64,000 bases of DNA from Octopus vulgaris (GCA_951406725.2 OX597831.1:12152001-12216000), one strand, 5' to 3'; positions 26,705-40,669 are shown, numbered from the stretch's first letter. Numbers and translations are program-made. Notes: generated from the sequence alone by a model not told the origin.

Positions 26705-26935
26705 TATTGCGTTTTAAAATTATTTCTATGCTTTTAAAAATGTTCCCAGAGACCAAGATAAAGAAAGCCAGATAAATTGACTGGAGTCAATTTAATTTCT
26801 TAAAAATAAAGAAACTAAAAAAGAAAAAGAAGTAAATTTGAAAAAGACATAAGTATGCTTGTACTCATTTCGTCATGTTTATCAAGTCTATTAATCAGTA
26901 AGTTAATTAACTATCATGTTTAGTATAATACTTAC

Positions 26936-27009
26936 TTCGGTATGTTTAGAAATAAAAGACAATGTAGTTTCAGGTCTTTCATTTTCTGCGTTAAATCACT
27001 ACCATCACA
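26936..27009 (-). CDS. DGKZ: DGK exon: CDGSDLTQKMKDLKLHCLLFLNIP(K)
   Basis: Resembles DGKZ [25 protein letters not shown]. Strong polypyrimidine acceptor, donor aa|gtaagt, 74 nt, phase 0 to 2. Confidence 0.96.
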
Positions 27010-27811
27010 CTGGGAAAAGAAAAGAAAGAAATATATTTTAGTGAAAGAGAGATCAAATTGATAATTATGAAATGAAAGTTAATTAAAATTTAGGGGGGAA
27101 AAAAAAAATGGGTTTATTGAGAACAGCAACAACAATGAGAATCTTGGCAGGATTTCTAAGACTGGTGCATAATGACAGAAGAAGAAAGCATGATTCATAA
27201 GGTGACTCAGTGGGAATCAGAGACTCAGTACAAGAGAGAGAGACCTGATACAAATGCTTTAAAAAAGAAAAAGAAAAACCTTCATTGACAAATAAAGGAA
27301 GGTTAGAAACAGGAAGGGCATCCAGCTGCAAAATAATAGTTCAATAAGTATTTGACCATTGGTTTTCATCCTTTCGGGGTCAATAAAATAAGTACCAGTT
27401 GTGTACTGGGACTGATCTAATCGACTGGCCTCCTCCCCCAAAATTTCAGGCCTTGTGCCTACAGTAGAAAAGAATAAGTATTTGTCCAACACATGCCAGA
27501 ATTAAAAAAAGAAACTGACGTAAAAACTAGTGAATAGTCATGAGTTTTAGTTGCTTCTAAACAAGTCTAAAACACAGAAGAGAATTATATTGAAAGACAA
27601 AACCGTTCTCTTTTGTTTCTGTCTCTTAACAGGAACTGAGTCATCCATTCGTTTAAAAGGAATCATATAAATAAAAGTGCATTTCATTAGAAAATAAAAT
27701 AATAATTGAATGTTATTAATTATTTTAAAGAGCAAAGAAATATGTACAGGTGTTTGTTTTTTAACCTTGTGAGTGGATTTGGTAGACAGAAACATGTGTG
27801 TGTGTGTGTAG

Positions 27812-27867
<56 letters not shown>

Positions 27868-28225
27868 TCTTTATCTTAAACTTTTAATACTTTTTGATAG
27901 TTTAAAATTAAAAAAAAAAAAGATAGATAGATACATGGATACATAGTTACATACATACAAGACATACACACACACATATATATTTCTATATATATTTCTT
28001 CATTGCCCCCAAAGGGCTAAACACAGAGGGGACAAACAAAGACAGACAAACGGATTAAGTCGATTACATCAACCTCAGTGCGTAACTGGTACTTATTTAA
28101 TCGACCCCAAAAGGATGAAAAGCAAAGTTGATCTCAGCAGAGTTTGAACTCAGAACATAACGGCAGGTGAAATACCACTAAGCATTTCACCTGGCATGCT
28201 AATGATATATATATATATATATATA

Positions 28226-28520
28226 GCCTGAGGCTGGTGGTTAGCAGGGTGCACTCACTATCATGGGATCATAGTTTCAATTCCTAGACCAGAGGGTGTG
28301 TTGTGTTTTTGAGCAAAACACTTCGTCCCATGTTGATCTGTGATCACTTCAACACCTGACCCGTGGCACATTAGTGCACCTGTTCAGGCAAAGTTGATTC
28401 GATGGAGGGAATGGGCTAATATACAGCACACAAATAGAGTCATTGTAAACAGATCGTTCGAGCAGGTTCTTCTGCAAAAAAGAACACTTGTAAGTCATCT
28501 TCGATGAGAGAGAGACCATC
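28226..28520 (+). mobile_element. Another degenerate tRNA-like SINE
   Basis: Head-like ggctggtggttag...gtttcaattcc followed by gttgtgtttttgagcaaaacactt, a CORE-like box. Confidence 0.45.
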
Positions 28521-28785
28521 ATATATATATATATATTAGAAGGTTTGGAGATGATGTACAGGTGTTTTATATTAGAAGAAATGAGGTACTCAGAAATTCG
28601 GATGGTTCCACATTTACAGATACTTATTTGCACATCACATGTTTTTATACATCACATAACTCAAATCACAGCTTGGTTCAGTTTGAGGGCTCCACCAGAG
28701 TGGATGAAGGCGCTGATGTGTGACGTGTAACATGAGTTATATGATGTATAAAAACATGTAATGTGCAAATAAGTATATATATAGC

Positions 28786-29659
28786 CGTGTCGGTGGCATG
28801 TAAAAGCACCATCCGTTCGTGTCCGTTGCCAGCCTCGCCTGGCCCCCGTGCCGGTGACACGTAAAAGCACCATCCGTTTCGTGGCCGTTTGCCAGCTCTG
28901 TCTGGCCCCCGTGTTGGTGGCACGTAAAAGCACCATCCGTTCGTGTCCGTTGCCAGCCTCGCCTGGCCCCCGTGCCGGTGACACGTAAAAGCACCATCCG
29001 TTTCGTGGCCGTTTGCCAGCTCTGTCTGGCCCCCGTGTTGGTGGCACGTAAAAGCACCATCCGTTTCGTGGCCGTTTGCCAGCTCTGTCTGGCCCCCGTG
29101 TTGGTGGCACGTAAAAGCACCATCCGTTCGTGTCCGTTGCCAGCCTCGCCTGGCCCCCGTGCCGGTGACACGTAAAAGCACCATCCGTTCGTGTCCGTTT
29201 GCCAGCTCTGTCTGGCCCCCGTGTTGGTGGCACGTAAAAGCACCATCCATTCGTGTCCGTTGCCAGCCTCGCCTGGCCCCCGTGCCGGTGACACGTAAAA
29301 GCACCATCCGTTTCGTGGCCGTTTGCCAGCTCTGTCTGGCCCCCGTGTTGGTGGCACGTAAAAGCACCATCCGTTTCGTGTCCGTTGCCAGCCTCGCCTA
29401 GCCCCGTGCCGGTGACACGTAAAAGCACCATCCGTTCGTGGCCGTTTGCCAGCTCTGTCTGGCACCTGTGCGGGTGGCACGTAAAAAGCACCCACTACAC
29501 TCACGGAGTGGTTGGCGTTAGGAAGGGCATCCAGCCGTAGAAACACTGCCAGATCTGACTGGGCCTGATGAAGCCTTCCAGATTCACAGACCCCAGTTGA
29601 ACCGTCCAACCCATGCTAGCATGGAGAACGGACGCTAAATGATGATGATGATGATGATG
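28786..29659 (+). mobile_element. Family A (RTE 3' end) with an 11-module VNTR
   Basis: Twelve gtaaaagcacc anchors spaced 61-63 bp, then the conserved terminus and (GAT)n. Confidence 0.92.
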
Positions 29660-31169
29660 AGTCTGTAGTAGAAAACACCTTTACCAAGGTGCCATCACAC
29701 AGCCCTGCCTGTGCTTAATTAACTTTGGCAATTTGAAAATTTATAATATTGAAGACTTTGTTGATTATCTGAAAAAATAAAAAAGGTAAAAAAATGGACT
29801 TATTTTTGGAATAATTTTTGACCAGTTTTGTACAGAATATTTCAATAAATATTCTCTTACTGGCAAACTTCATTGAAGAAGATGGTCATTGAACATTTGC
29901 AGTCCAATAGAAAAAGTTGTTAAAAGCAAACAAATTAAAATTTTGTGTTTTCTAAAATAAAGATAATCAATGTCATCTCCTATGCTACAGTATGTTAATT
30001 CATTGCCAGACATTTTTTTTTTTAATATTCGTTAAGCATCAGAAAACAAGATTAGAGGCATTTTTTTTAAAGCCAGAATATGAAGAACATGTTGAAAGTT
30101 ATAAAGATGTCAGTAGTTTAAATTGGTCTTTACTTATAGTGTGCTTGGAAAATCGGTCGAGTGTACCACACTTAGGAAAAAAGTAGGCTGTTTAATATTT
30201 AGTATATTCTAAGTGTGGTGGTCATGGTTGCTGAATAGAACAATCATTACAGAATCAGACTTAAAAAAAAGAAAATGCCTTACAAATTTAGGTATGGCTC
30301 TTTGAGTTCAAATTCCACCAAGGGCTTCTTGGTATTGATAAAATAAATAAATTATTAGTTGTTGATTGCATCAACAGTATTCTCCGTCAAAATGTGTGAC
30401 ATTATGTTAATTTTGGAAATGAATATTCAACATGTTCAGAGTGGTGGGCTGGTGAAATTGTTAGCATTCCAAGCATAAAGCTTGGCAGAATTTTCTGTAT
30501 CTTTGGTCTGGGTTCAGATTCTGCCAAAGTGGACTTTGCCTTTCATCCTTTCAGCATTAATAAAATAAGAACCAGTTGACCACTGGGGCCAATGTAATTG
30601 ATTTATTCCCTCCACTGAAATTGCTGGCCTTGTGCCAACATTTGAAATTAATATCTAATATGTTCTAAGGTGGTGAGCCAGCAGAAACGTTAGCATGCCG
30701 AGCGAAATGCTTAGTGGTATTTTGTTTGTCTTTATGTTCTGAGTTCAAATTCTGCTGAGGTCGACTTTGCCTTTCATCCTTTCAGGATCGATGAATTAAG
30801 TGCCTGTTGCATACTGGAAGTTGATCTAATCGACTGCCCCCACCTTCCCCAAAAATTTCGGGCCCTGTGCCTAGAGTAAAAAAGAATGTTTTGATGGAAT
30901 GGTTGTTTATTTTTAGAATGACATTGTAGGGTGGGTGCAAAAAGCCAGATCTGGATAGTTTGAACGTAAAACAGAACATTTGATCTGGATGTGGCTGGTT
31001 TCAATGCTAAAAGGCTTCAGTTAATTATATTGACCCTAATGCTTTGTCTAGGATTTATTGCATCAACTTCTGAAGAAGGACTGCTTTAGAGGATTTGAGT
31101 ATAATGTAATGGGATCAGCAAGGAAAGACTATAATACCACAAGGTATTTTTGTTTGACCGAGCGATGTG

Positions 31170-31386
31170 AGTACCTATAAATGAAACACCTAAGCTCCAC
31201 GTGGCTCCGGCAGAAGGTAATGGTGAACTTCTGCTGACTCTTTTGCCACAACTTTCTCTCACTCTTTCCTTCTGCATCTTGCAGCTCACCTGTGACAGAC
31301 TGGCATCTCGTCCAGGTGTGGAACCTATACGCCAAGGAAACCAAGAAACTGGCCCTTATGAGTCAGGCGAGGATCGAGAAAGAACA

Positions 31387-31390
<4 letters not shown>
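31170..31390 (+). mobile_element. SINE 3' part with a V-domain-like box
   Basis: cctgtgacagactggcatctcgtccaggtgt resembles the recalled V-SINE central motif. Confidence 0.4.
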
Positions 31391-31440
<50 letters not shown>

Positions 31441-32009
31441 GTGTGTGTGTGTTTGTCCCCCATCACCATTTGACAACCAGTGTTGATGTGTTAACATCCT
31501 CATTACTTAGCAGTTTGGCAAAAGAGACCAACAGAATAAGTACCAGGCTAAAAAACAAAAAAAGTTATCAAGATCAATTCTTTCAACTGAACGTTCCTGA
31601 AGGCGGTGCCCCAGCATGGCTGCAGTCTGAATGACCAGAACAAGTAAAAGAGAGGGTTTTTGTATGCAAAATGGAAATCGTTGTATATTACAACCCTTTT
31701 AGCCTCTGACCTGGCCAAAGAGGTTTCAAAGCCACGGCGATTGTTTAAGTATTGATAGGCAAAAGTGTAATTGCTTAGTGCAGTTATAGATTGACTTGTG
31801 GTGATTCAGTGTGGTGTGGGCGATTGGGAAACGCCACCATTAAATTTGGCATTGTTTGAAAAATCAATGTTTCCATTGTTGCTGTTTGGTATTAAAAGTC
31901 TTTCATCCAACAAATGCTATGAATTAAGATCTAAAGCTGAGCGAAATAAAAACTTCAAAAGGAGAAACATCAAAACAAGTAAGGTGCTTTATCCCTATAT
32001 ATATACATG

Positions 32010-32221
32010 AGACAAATCTATATAAACACACACATACACACACACACACAAATATGTATAAATATTTACACACACGTATAAATATATATCTATAATATAT
32101 TATATAACAAAACCTATAGAAATATATATATAACAATATATATATATATATATATATATGTGCATACACCTGTGTTTATATATACTTATAAACAACCATA
32201 TACATATGCACCCATAAACAC

Positions 32222-32262
<41 letters not shown>

Positions 32263-32640
32263 CACATATAAATATATATGTATAATATACGTTTATAACA
32301 AATCTATATAAATATATATAACAAGATGATATATATATATGTACGTACACCTGTGTTTATATATACTTATAAACAACCATATACATATGCACCCATAAAC
32401 ACACACATATATATATATATATAAATATGTACACACACATATAAATATATATGTAAAATATACATATATAACAAATCTATAGAAATATATATAACAATAT
32501 ATATATATATATATATAACAAACTTATATAAATATATATAACAAGATAAAATATATATAATGTACAGTACATACACCTGTGTTTATATATACTTATACAC
32601 AACCATATACATAATCACACATAAACACACACACATGCAT
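32010..32640. repeat. Composite AT-rich tandem repeat (about 180-225 bp units)
   Basis: cacctgtgtttatatatacttata recurs at 32167, 32348 and 32574. Confidence 0.8.
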
Positions 32641-33086
32641 GCACATATAAATACATACCTTAAATCTATATTTTGTATCAGGTATTTAGTGAACAATACG
32701 TATCCCATAAGCCAACCATTGTTTTAGGGTATTTGTGATACCCTGAAGCAACAAAGGTGTGTTTGTGTAACTCAAGCAAAGGAAATATCGCAAAGAATTT
32801 TGGGTTGGATTCATCATATGGTCAGCTTTCTCACTAATGTGTTCACCTTTTGCTTTTATGTACTGGCAAAAGATACAGGCATACACAAACCTCCACATCA
32901 TATTTGTTTTAACCTTTACTTTACCATGTTTGCATGGGTCAGACATATATAAAGATGAAAAGAGTAAATAAAAATGATACATCATCATTTAATGTTTGTT
33001 TTCTCTGCTGGCATGGATTGGATGGTTTGACAGGAGCTGGTCAGCCAGGGAGCAGACCAGGCTTTGTCTGTTTTGGCATGGTTTCT

Positions 33087-33307
33087 TATTTCTTTACTGC
33101 CCACAAGGGACTACACACAGAGGGGACACACAAGGACAGACAAATGGATTAAGTCGATTATATCGACCCCAATGCATAACTGGTACTTATTTAATCAACC
33201 CCAAAAGGATGAAAGGCAAAGTCAGTGGAATTTGAACTCAGGATGTAGTGGCAGACGAAATACCGCTAAGAATGTCACCCAGCGTGCTAACGCTTCTGCC
33301 ATCTCAC
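33087..33307 (-). mobile_element. SINE family B nested in a family A copy
   Basis: Exact 19-bp TSD ctgttttggcatggtttct at 33068-33086 and 33308-33326. Confidence 0.9.
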
Positions 33308-33513
33308 CTGTTTTGGCATGGTTTCTACAAGCTGGATGCCTTTCCTGATGCCAACCAATTTACAGAGTGTATTGGGTGCTTTATACATGGCACTGGCACA
33401 AGTGCTCTTTATGTGGCACCAGCACGGGTATATATGTATATTTTTATACACAAACACACACACACATAATATATGTGTGTACACGTAGACACTCATGTCT
33501 ATATGATATAGCC

Positions 33514-33582
33514 CAGCAGTCCTCAACCTTCACCAATAAAGGCAGGGACCAGTTTCATGTCAGACAATTTTGCTATGGTCAA
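33514..33582 (+). mobile_element. Possible hAT/Charlie-type MITE end
   Basis: cagcagtcctcaacctt...cagggaccagtttcatgtcagacaatttt resembles recalled Charlie/MER1-type termini. Confidence 0.35.
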
Positions 33583-33829
33583 GGGGATCCTGTACATAAC
33601 AAAACAGTAAAGGGCATAATACATAATTTAATTATTACATATATAATGCATGTATGTTATATACACAATACATATATAATGCAAAAACATCCTGCAGAGT
33701 ACATTAGCTAATAAAACAGAAACAAAATTTTAAGAAAAAAACTTTTTTTCTGTGCTGCCCAGGTGTTACAGATCCCCGATACAGGTAACTCAGATACATG
33801 ATGATGCATGCATGCAAAACATTTTGAAA

Positions 33830-34332
33830 GAACACCAGGTGTCGATGAATTACTGAATGACCAAATCCAAGTTTCTCTGCTAGTTCCTCAACAGTTACAA
33901 TGGCATTTTGTTCCACCACGGTCTGCAGGATGTCCTCATTGAGCTCTACAGATCTTCCAAGACAAGGCTCATTTACTAGGCTGTGGTTTCCAGCTTGGAA
34001 TTTCTGGAACCACCGTTGACACTGGTTTACATTTATTGTCCAATCTCCATATACTGCATTAATATTCCTCACACTTTCCATTGCATTGTTGCCTTTATTG
34101 AACTCATAAAGCAAATTATGCTGAATATGCTCCTTTGTCACTTCCATTATAGCTTTGAAAAACTAACTGTTAAAATCAAACTGCACTCTTCAAAAACTGC
34201 ACTAAGAATATGTACACGGTAAAATTACTAACTGCTTCTATAACAAGTTGATGCACGTAGTTTATTCCATCCCCCTCCAACTTTTAGTTCATGCAATTGC
34301 AAAAAACGCATTATTTATGGGATGACCCGTAT
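33830..34332 (-). mobile_element. Mariner 5' fragment: TIR plus N-terminal HTH of the transposase
   Basis: ORF 33704..34147 (MEVTKEHIQHNLLYEFNKGNNA...QRWFQKFQAGNHSL.NEP..GR...TVEELAEKLG) is Mos1/Hsmar-like. TA plus TIR at 34331. No catalytic domain. Confidence 0.9.
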
Positions 34333-34664
34333 ATAAACGGAATTAATATGTATTTTTACAAGAGGCTCACTGCTTTTTTAGTAAAACATCATCAGAGAAG
34401 ATATATTTTCATATGTTCTCAGATGATGCTTAGCAAATATTTGGCTTGCTGAAACCACAGTGTGTATCTTGTGAAGATAATAATAAATTTATTAATATAG
34501 ACATACGCACACACAGATAATATGTTCAGTATAGAAAACATATAGTAGTGCTCAGATGAATTTAAACTTAAACTCTGAATTTTTCATGTAGCACTAAAAG
34601 TGGCTAGAAGAGAAATCCAACATGAGTTGATACCCGACTCAGAATTCTCTCTCTCTAGATATAA

Positions 34665-35087
34665 GGTTGTTGCCAGTGCCACCTGACTGGTTCTCCATGA
34701 CAGTGGCATGTAAAACGCAGCATCCAAATGAGCCTGATGCCACCTACCTCTGCCCTGACTGGCTCCTGTGCTGGTGGCACATAAAAAGCACCATCCGAAC
34801 ATGGCTGATGCCAGTGCCACCTCACTGGTTCTTGCGCTGGTGGCACATAAAAAGCACCATCCGAACATGGCTGATGCCAGTGCCACCTCACTGGCTCTCA
34901 TGCTGGTGGCACGTAAAAAGCACCAACTACACTCTTGAAGTGGTTGGCGTTAGGAAGGGCATCCAGCAGTAGAAACACTGCCAGATCAGACTGGAGCCTG
35001 TTAAGGCCTCGTGGCTTGCCAGTCCCAAGTCAAACCATCCAACCCATGCCAGCATGGAAAATGGATGTTAAATGATGATGATGATGA
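34665..35087 (+). mobile_element. Family A (RTE 3' end), 3-4 modules
   Basis: Anchors, conserved terminus and (GAT)n. Confidence 0.85.
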
Positions 35088-35454
35088 TATATATATATAT
35101 ATATATCTCACTGTTCCTTGTACCAATAATGCTACAAGTAGGAACATATGTTTCATTTTTTGCTTAGGGGAAAAAAAAAATGTGTGACAGCATTTTATAT
35201 AAAGATATTTTGTTGATGACTAAGTGACACAGTTTCACTTGACCATATATAATCTGTATTTTCACTTTTACGTTTACAGTCTGGAGACACAGAAACCATT
35301 GCATAGATAACACTTCTCTGATAATAAAATTAGCTTATCAGAAATGTAAGCTTCGTCTTCTAGGAATCATGGTAAATAGTTTTTAGCCTTCTTTTAGGGA
35401 AAAATAACATCCTTGAATCTGGGAAACATACATACATACATACATGTGTGCATC

Positions 35455-35494
<40 letters not shown>

Positions 35495-38400
35495 CACATA
35501 AAGATATACAAATATACACACACACATATATATATATATATACATAAAGATATACATATATACACACATATATAAATGTTTACATACTTTCATACACACA
35601 CGCATATATATACACATATTTCTTTTCTTTCCTCTTTCTCTACTTCTGTTCTCCCTACCTTCTAGCTGGTAGTTTGATGCCATATTCCCCACCTACCATT
35701 CCCCTCTGTAGCCACTACAATATTAGTGTTTATCTCTACACTTTGATAGGGTTTACTTACATCCTAGCCACCCCCACCTTGAGAACAATTATTGATTCCC
35801 ATTGATCAACTCCCTCCACCTCACCTTTTTAATTACTTAATTTTTGTACTCTTTTTGCTGAAAAGTCAGATAACTCACACTGACTGACACCTTCAGCAGA
35901 CTTACTGTCTCCTTTCTTTCCTCACCCCTGTTTCTCTGCCCTCTCCACTAACCCCTTTGTCACTCACTCCATCTTCTACACCTCTTCCCCCCCTTAAACT
36001 ACACTTCCCTTTGACTCACTAACATATTTGCTCTCCTCTGCATTTCTTTGCCATTCCCTCTCCTTACTTCTACAACCGCTTCATAGAATTTATCTGTGCC
36101 AATATTATTGTAATTCTCTTGTGGCGTTTGCTGTTAAATCTGAAGAGAATGTTGTGAATTTACCACATGAAGATACACAAGAATCAAAATTTGCATAAGT
36201 TGAAACTGTCTTTGTTAATGTGTGAATGAGTAATGTTGCCTCTCTCTATTACACCTATCTACACAATATGCATCATTTGAAACAGCTGTAAAGACTAGAC
36301 CAGCTTACATCATGTATATGCAATTTTTCTTTATTTCTTACACTTGTCTGACATTTTTTCATATATTCATCTATGTACATAGTCACACATGCACACACAC
36401 ACACAAATTGTTGTCAAAGTCATCATCATCATCACTTAATGTACTCTTTCATTACATGGGTGTGTATATGTGTGTGTATGTATATATATGATGTATACAT
36501 GTGTATATATGTGTATATGATTGAAGTTATAGAACAAAGTTTGACAAATTCAATCATATTTTTCATAAATGGAGGAGATTAGATGTTACAAATGAGATAA
36601 AATATTTATTCATTTTGCTAGATGATCGTTTTGTACAGAAAGACAATAAATCCATTTCAAGACTCAGAATTATCAAAGAGTACTCATCAGTAGAAGAATA
36701 AGAAAAAATAGGAACTATATATATATATATGTATATATATATGTTATAAAATTGATAATAGGAAATGAAGAAGAAAAAATATAATAGATACTTGGTTCAT
36801 TTTATTTGTATCACAATGGAAAAGTAATGCAAAGTAAAAGTGATACTTATAAGAATAAGGATAAAAGAAACAGTTGGCATCTGGATTGTTATTAACAATT
36901 CCTTATGTGGAAATTGCATCCTCAAAATGTGAATGAGTATATATATATATAATACTATAAACTGTTGAGATACTATTGAATACTCATCCCTTAGACCCAT
37001 GTCTGTTTCGTCGCCGTCGTTGTTATCAACATTGTACATTCACTTTCTATGTGTGTACAGATTGGATGCCCCTTGCAACACCCCTACATAGATCAGAGGA
37101 CCACATCATGGTCATAAGTTAAATCGTTGGCTTCCTTTCTATAATGAGTTGCTTTCCTTCACACCAGCTACTCTACAGGATGCCTTTTTTCAGTTGCACC
37201 AGCATTGGAGAGGTTGCCATGCTTTCAGCAAGATTAAAGAGGACATCTTGACCATCACACTTGGCTGTGCTCAGAGTGTCATCATTCTAAAAGATAGGTG
37301 TGACGAGTAGGAAGAGGTGGGTGAATGATGAGTGTTGGTACCAAACAACCTAAAAAAGGGTACATGCAGTGTTTGATGAGGTCCCTTAATCCTTTGAGCC
37401 CTGACCTCCTGAACTTTATTTTACCATATACTTGGCACTCCACCAGTGCTACAGTATAGAGAAAAATAAGCCATCCACTGGTAAACTGGTGTTATGGGCT
37501 CAAAGGGTTAAATAAATATCTCAATGGATGAGACAGCAACAGTGATTAAGATGAGAGAAGGAGTGGAGTGTTGGTGAGAGGGTGAGGTAGGTGCAGGGGT
37601 GTCCTTAGCTACTCCTGTGGCATAGTACTGTGAGATTGCGAAGAGAGAGTCACTGAGAAATATGTAGTAAGGAGCATGTAAGGACAAGGTGTGAAAGATA
37701 AAGGTACGGGCTACAGAGATGTCATGACATCGGCATGGGTGACCGATGAGTGATAAAGGGTTGTATGGTAAGAGGGACATTCAGCAGAGGTGGGGTTGAA
37801 TGACAATGGGGTGGGGGAGGACAAATGAGGGGAGTGTTAGATGAATGAAGGGATAACAAAGAGACAGAACACCTATGTTTCTGTGGTTGCATGAGTTAGG
37901 TGATTACATACCTGGGGCATCGTTTTACAGCTGGATACCCTTTCTATTGCTAACTCTTATTTGTTTTTCAAGCAATGAACCTCTTATTTAATGGCTTTAA
38001 TGAATAGAGATAATACTGAGCAGAGAGAGAGACCTCTTTACTGTGTATAAGGGACAAGGCAACCTTCTTGTGTTAGACAAGCAGTAAACTCTTTAAAGTG
38101 GTTGGTTCTAGAAAAGGCATCCAACCACATCAGAATGGAGTTTACAAAGGAGATGTGGCTGTCTGACCCATCTAGGAGGGCAATGGCTCCAAATAAAGAT
38201 TAGGATCTTGAGAATTCATCCAATCCAGGCCAGTATGGAAAATGGACATAAACTGATAATGATGATGACGAGTGTGTGTGTGTGTGTGTGTGTGTGTTTT
38301 ATTCTTTGCAGACTTCTTTTAAAAAACAAAGAAATTTTGAAAAATGTATCCGGATTGAAAACATGTAGACTGTAAGGAAACAAGAAAAAGCAAAAAAAAA

Positions 38401-39667
38401 AAAAAAGAATAAAAACAAAAAGAAAGTAGAAAAACAGATTTTTTCCACATCTGTTTATTGTATTATGAAAAGAAAAACAGCAACAACAACCACAACCACA
38501 TAGAAATGAAATGTCTAAAGAAAACGGGTAGAGATATAGAAATGTGTAGCCTACTGTTTCTTAATTTATAACATATCGATGCAGAAGATGAAAGAGTTTC
38601 AATAGCATTAGGTCGTCTTATCAGATTTACTTCAAAATACCTGTGTATTCTGTTAAATCGTTATATTTGGTAACTGTAGCTTTGTTTTCCTTCTTAGTTG
38701 TTTATGTAATACCGAGGAAAATTCTTTCTCTTTGACTATGTTTACTTTGTCTCTCTCTAGTATATAGAATTCAACCAATTAACCGTTAACCATTCTTGTA
38801 TTGTTTTTTCTTTCTTCTTTTAGAGATTTTGTAGATAAATGTAAGAGAATATCTAATACCAATGATTTAATTTTTCATGACTAACATTTGGATAATGGTA
38901 TTTGAAGAGATTAGCATTAACACCAAATTATTCACCCCCTCAAGATAAATATTAAGCAATTATGTTAACAAGATACTAATCAATAATTATCTACCATCAA
39001 TGCAAGAAACAGTCAAAAAGACAAACAAAAACCAAATGATAATAACTATGTTGCGATAATATAAACAAAAGCAACTTGAGAAATTGTTTGAGAAAATTTT
39101 TCCTAAACACAAAGAAGTGTGTTATTTAACATCATTCTGGTTGTGAAATATTGAATTATATTTTCCGTCTAAATTTGACTTTTGTTGTATCTGCTTGGCA
39201 AAAGACTTGATCTAATATTGTGTGTTGGAAGCTGAGCCATTTCTATTATATGATTTTGTATAATACTATTGAAGCACACACTGACTGACAGGTACAGCTG
39301 TATTCACCATTATTTTTAGGATTTTTACACAATCATTAATAATGTATATAAAATATTCTTTTCTACTCTAGGCACTAGGCCCAAAATTTTTTGGGGAGGG
39401 GGCCAGTCAATTAGATCAACCCCAGTATGCAACTGGTATTTAATATATCAACCCCGAAAGGATGAAAGGCAAAGTCGACCTTGGCGGAATTTGAACTCAA
39501 CGTAAAGACAGATGAAATACCGCTGAGCATTTTGTCTGGGGTACAAATGTTTCTGCCAGTTTGCTGCTCCTTGTATATAAAACATTGAATAAGATATACT
39601 GCTTTTTTTCTACAAAGTAATGTTTAAATATACATTTATTTTAAGTAATATATGATATGGAAAACCT

Positions 39668-40097
39668 ACCATCACCATCATCATCATCATCCTCATCAAT
39701 TAAAATCTATTTTCTGTGCTGTCATGGTTTGGATGGTTTGACAGGAGCTGGTAAACTTCGCAACATTTGAGTCATCTGATTTGGCAGATATGTATGCAAA
39801 ACAGCTGGATGCCCTTCCTAATGCCAACCACTCTACAGTGTACTGTGTGCTTTTTATGTGAAGCCAACATGGGTTCTTTCCATGTAGTTACAACATGGTT
39901 TACATTTTATGTGGTGAGGCCACGATTTTACTTAGCTTGATATCTCTTCTCAAGCACAACAAATTGCCAGAAGTCTTAGTCCCTTGTCACCTCCTTGCTG
40001 AGGCTCAACCTCTGAAGATCATTTCTCACTATTTCGTACCACACCTTCTTCGGTCTGCCCTTTCCACAAGTTTCTTCCATAGTCAGAGGTTGGCACT

Positions 40098-40100
<3 letters not shown>
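39668..40100 (-). mobile_element. Older RTE LINE 3' fragment (ORF C-terminus plus tail)
   Basis: Minus strand reads CGKGRPKKVWYEIVRNDLQRLSL..VTRD, joined to a family A terminus. Confidence 0.75.
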
Positions 40101-40129
<29 letters not shown>

Positions 40130-40237
40130 GATAGAGAGAGAGAGATAGATAGATAGATATATCCTACTGCATGGTACTTCGGAGAAGTGTTTTCTAGACA
40201 GAAACTGAAAGATGTTAGCTGCGTGTGTGTACATATA

Positions 40238-40428
40238 TTCTTTTATTTGTTTCAGTCATTTGACTGTGGCCATGCTGGAGCACTGTCTTTAGCTGAGCAA
40301 ATCAACCCCAGGACTTATTCTTTGTAAGCCTAGTACTTATTCTATCGGTCTCTTTTGCCAAACCACTAAGTTGCGGGGATGTAAACACACTAGGGATGCT
40401 AGGGAGACAAACACAAGCATATACATAC

Positions 40429-40479
<51 letters not shown>

Positions 40480-40654
40480 TACACACACACACAACGGGCT
40501 TCTTTCAGTTTCTGTCTACCAAATCTACTCACAAGGCTTTGATTGGCCCGAGGCTATTGTAGAAGACACTTGCACAAGGTGCTACACAGCAGGAGTGAAC
40601 TCAGAACCATGTGGTTAGTAAGCAAGCTATTTACCACACAGCCACTCCTGCACC
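40238..40654 (-). mobile_element. SINE family C, full length
   Basis: Collinear with 26311-26704. Confidence 0.85.
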
Positions 40655-40669
40655 TATATATATATATAT

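Noticed and set aside
28661-29609. 230-290 aa ORFs
   Set aside because: Translations of the module array, antisense to the element.
31798-32010. Non-repetitive ORF-like stretch on both strands
   Set aside because: No family similarity, and the DGK exons on either side join without it.
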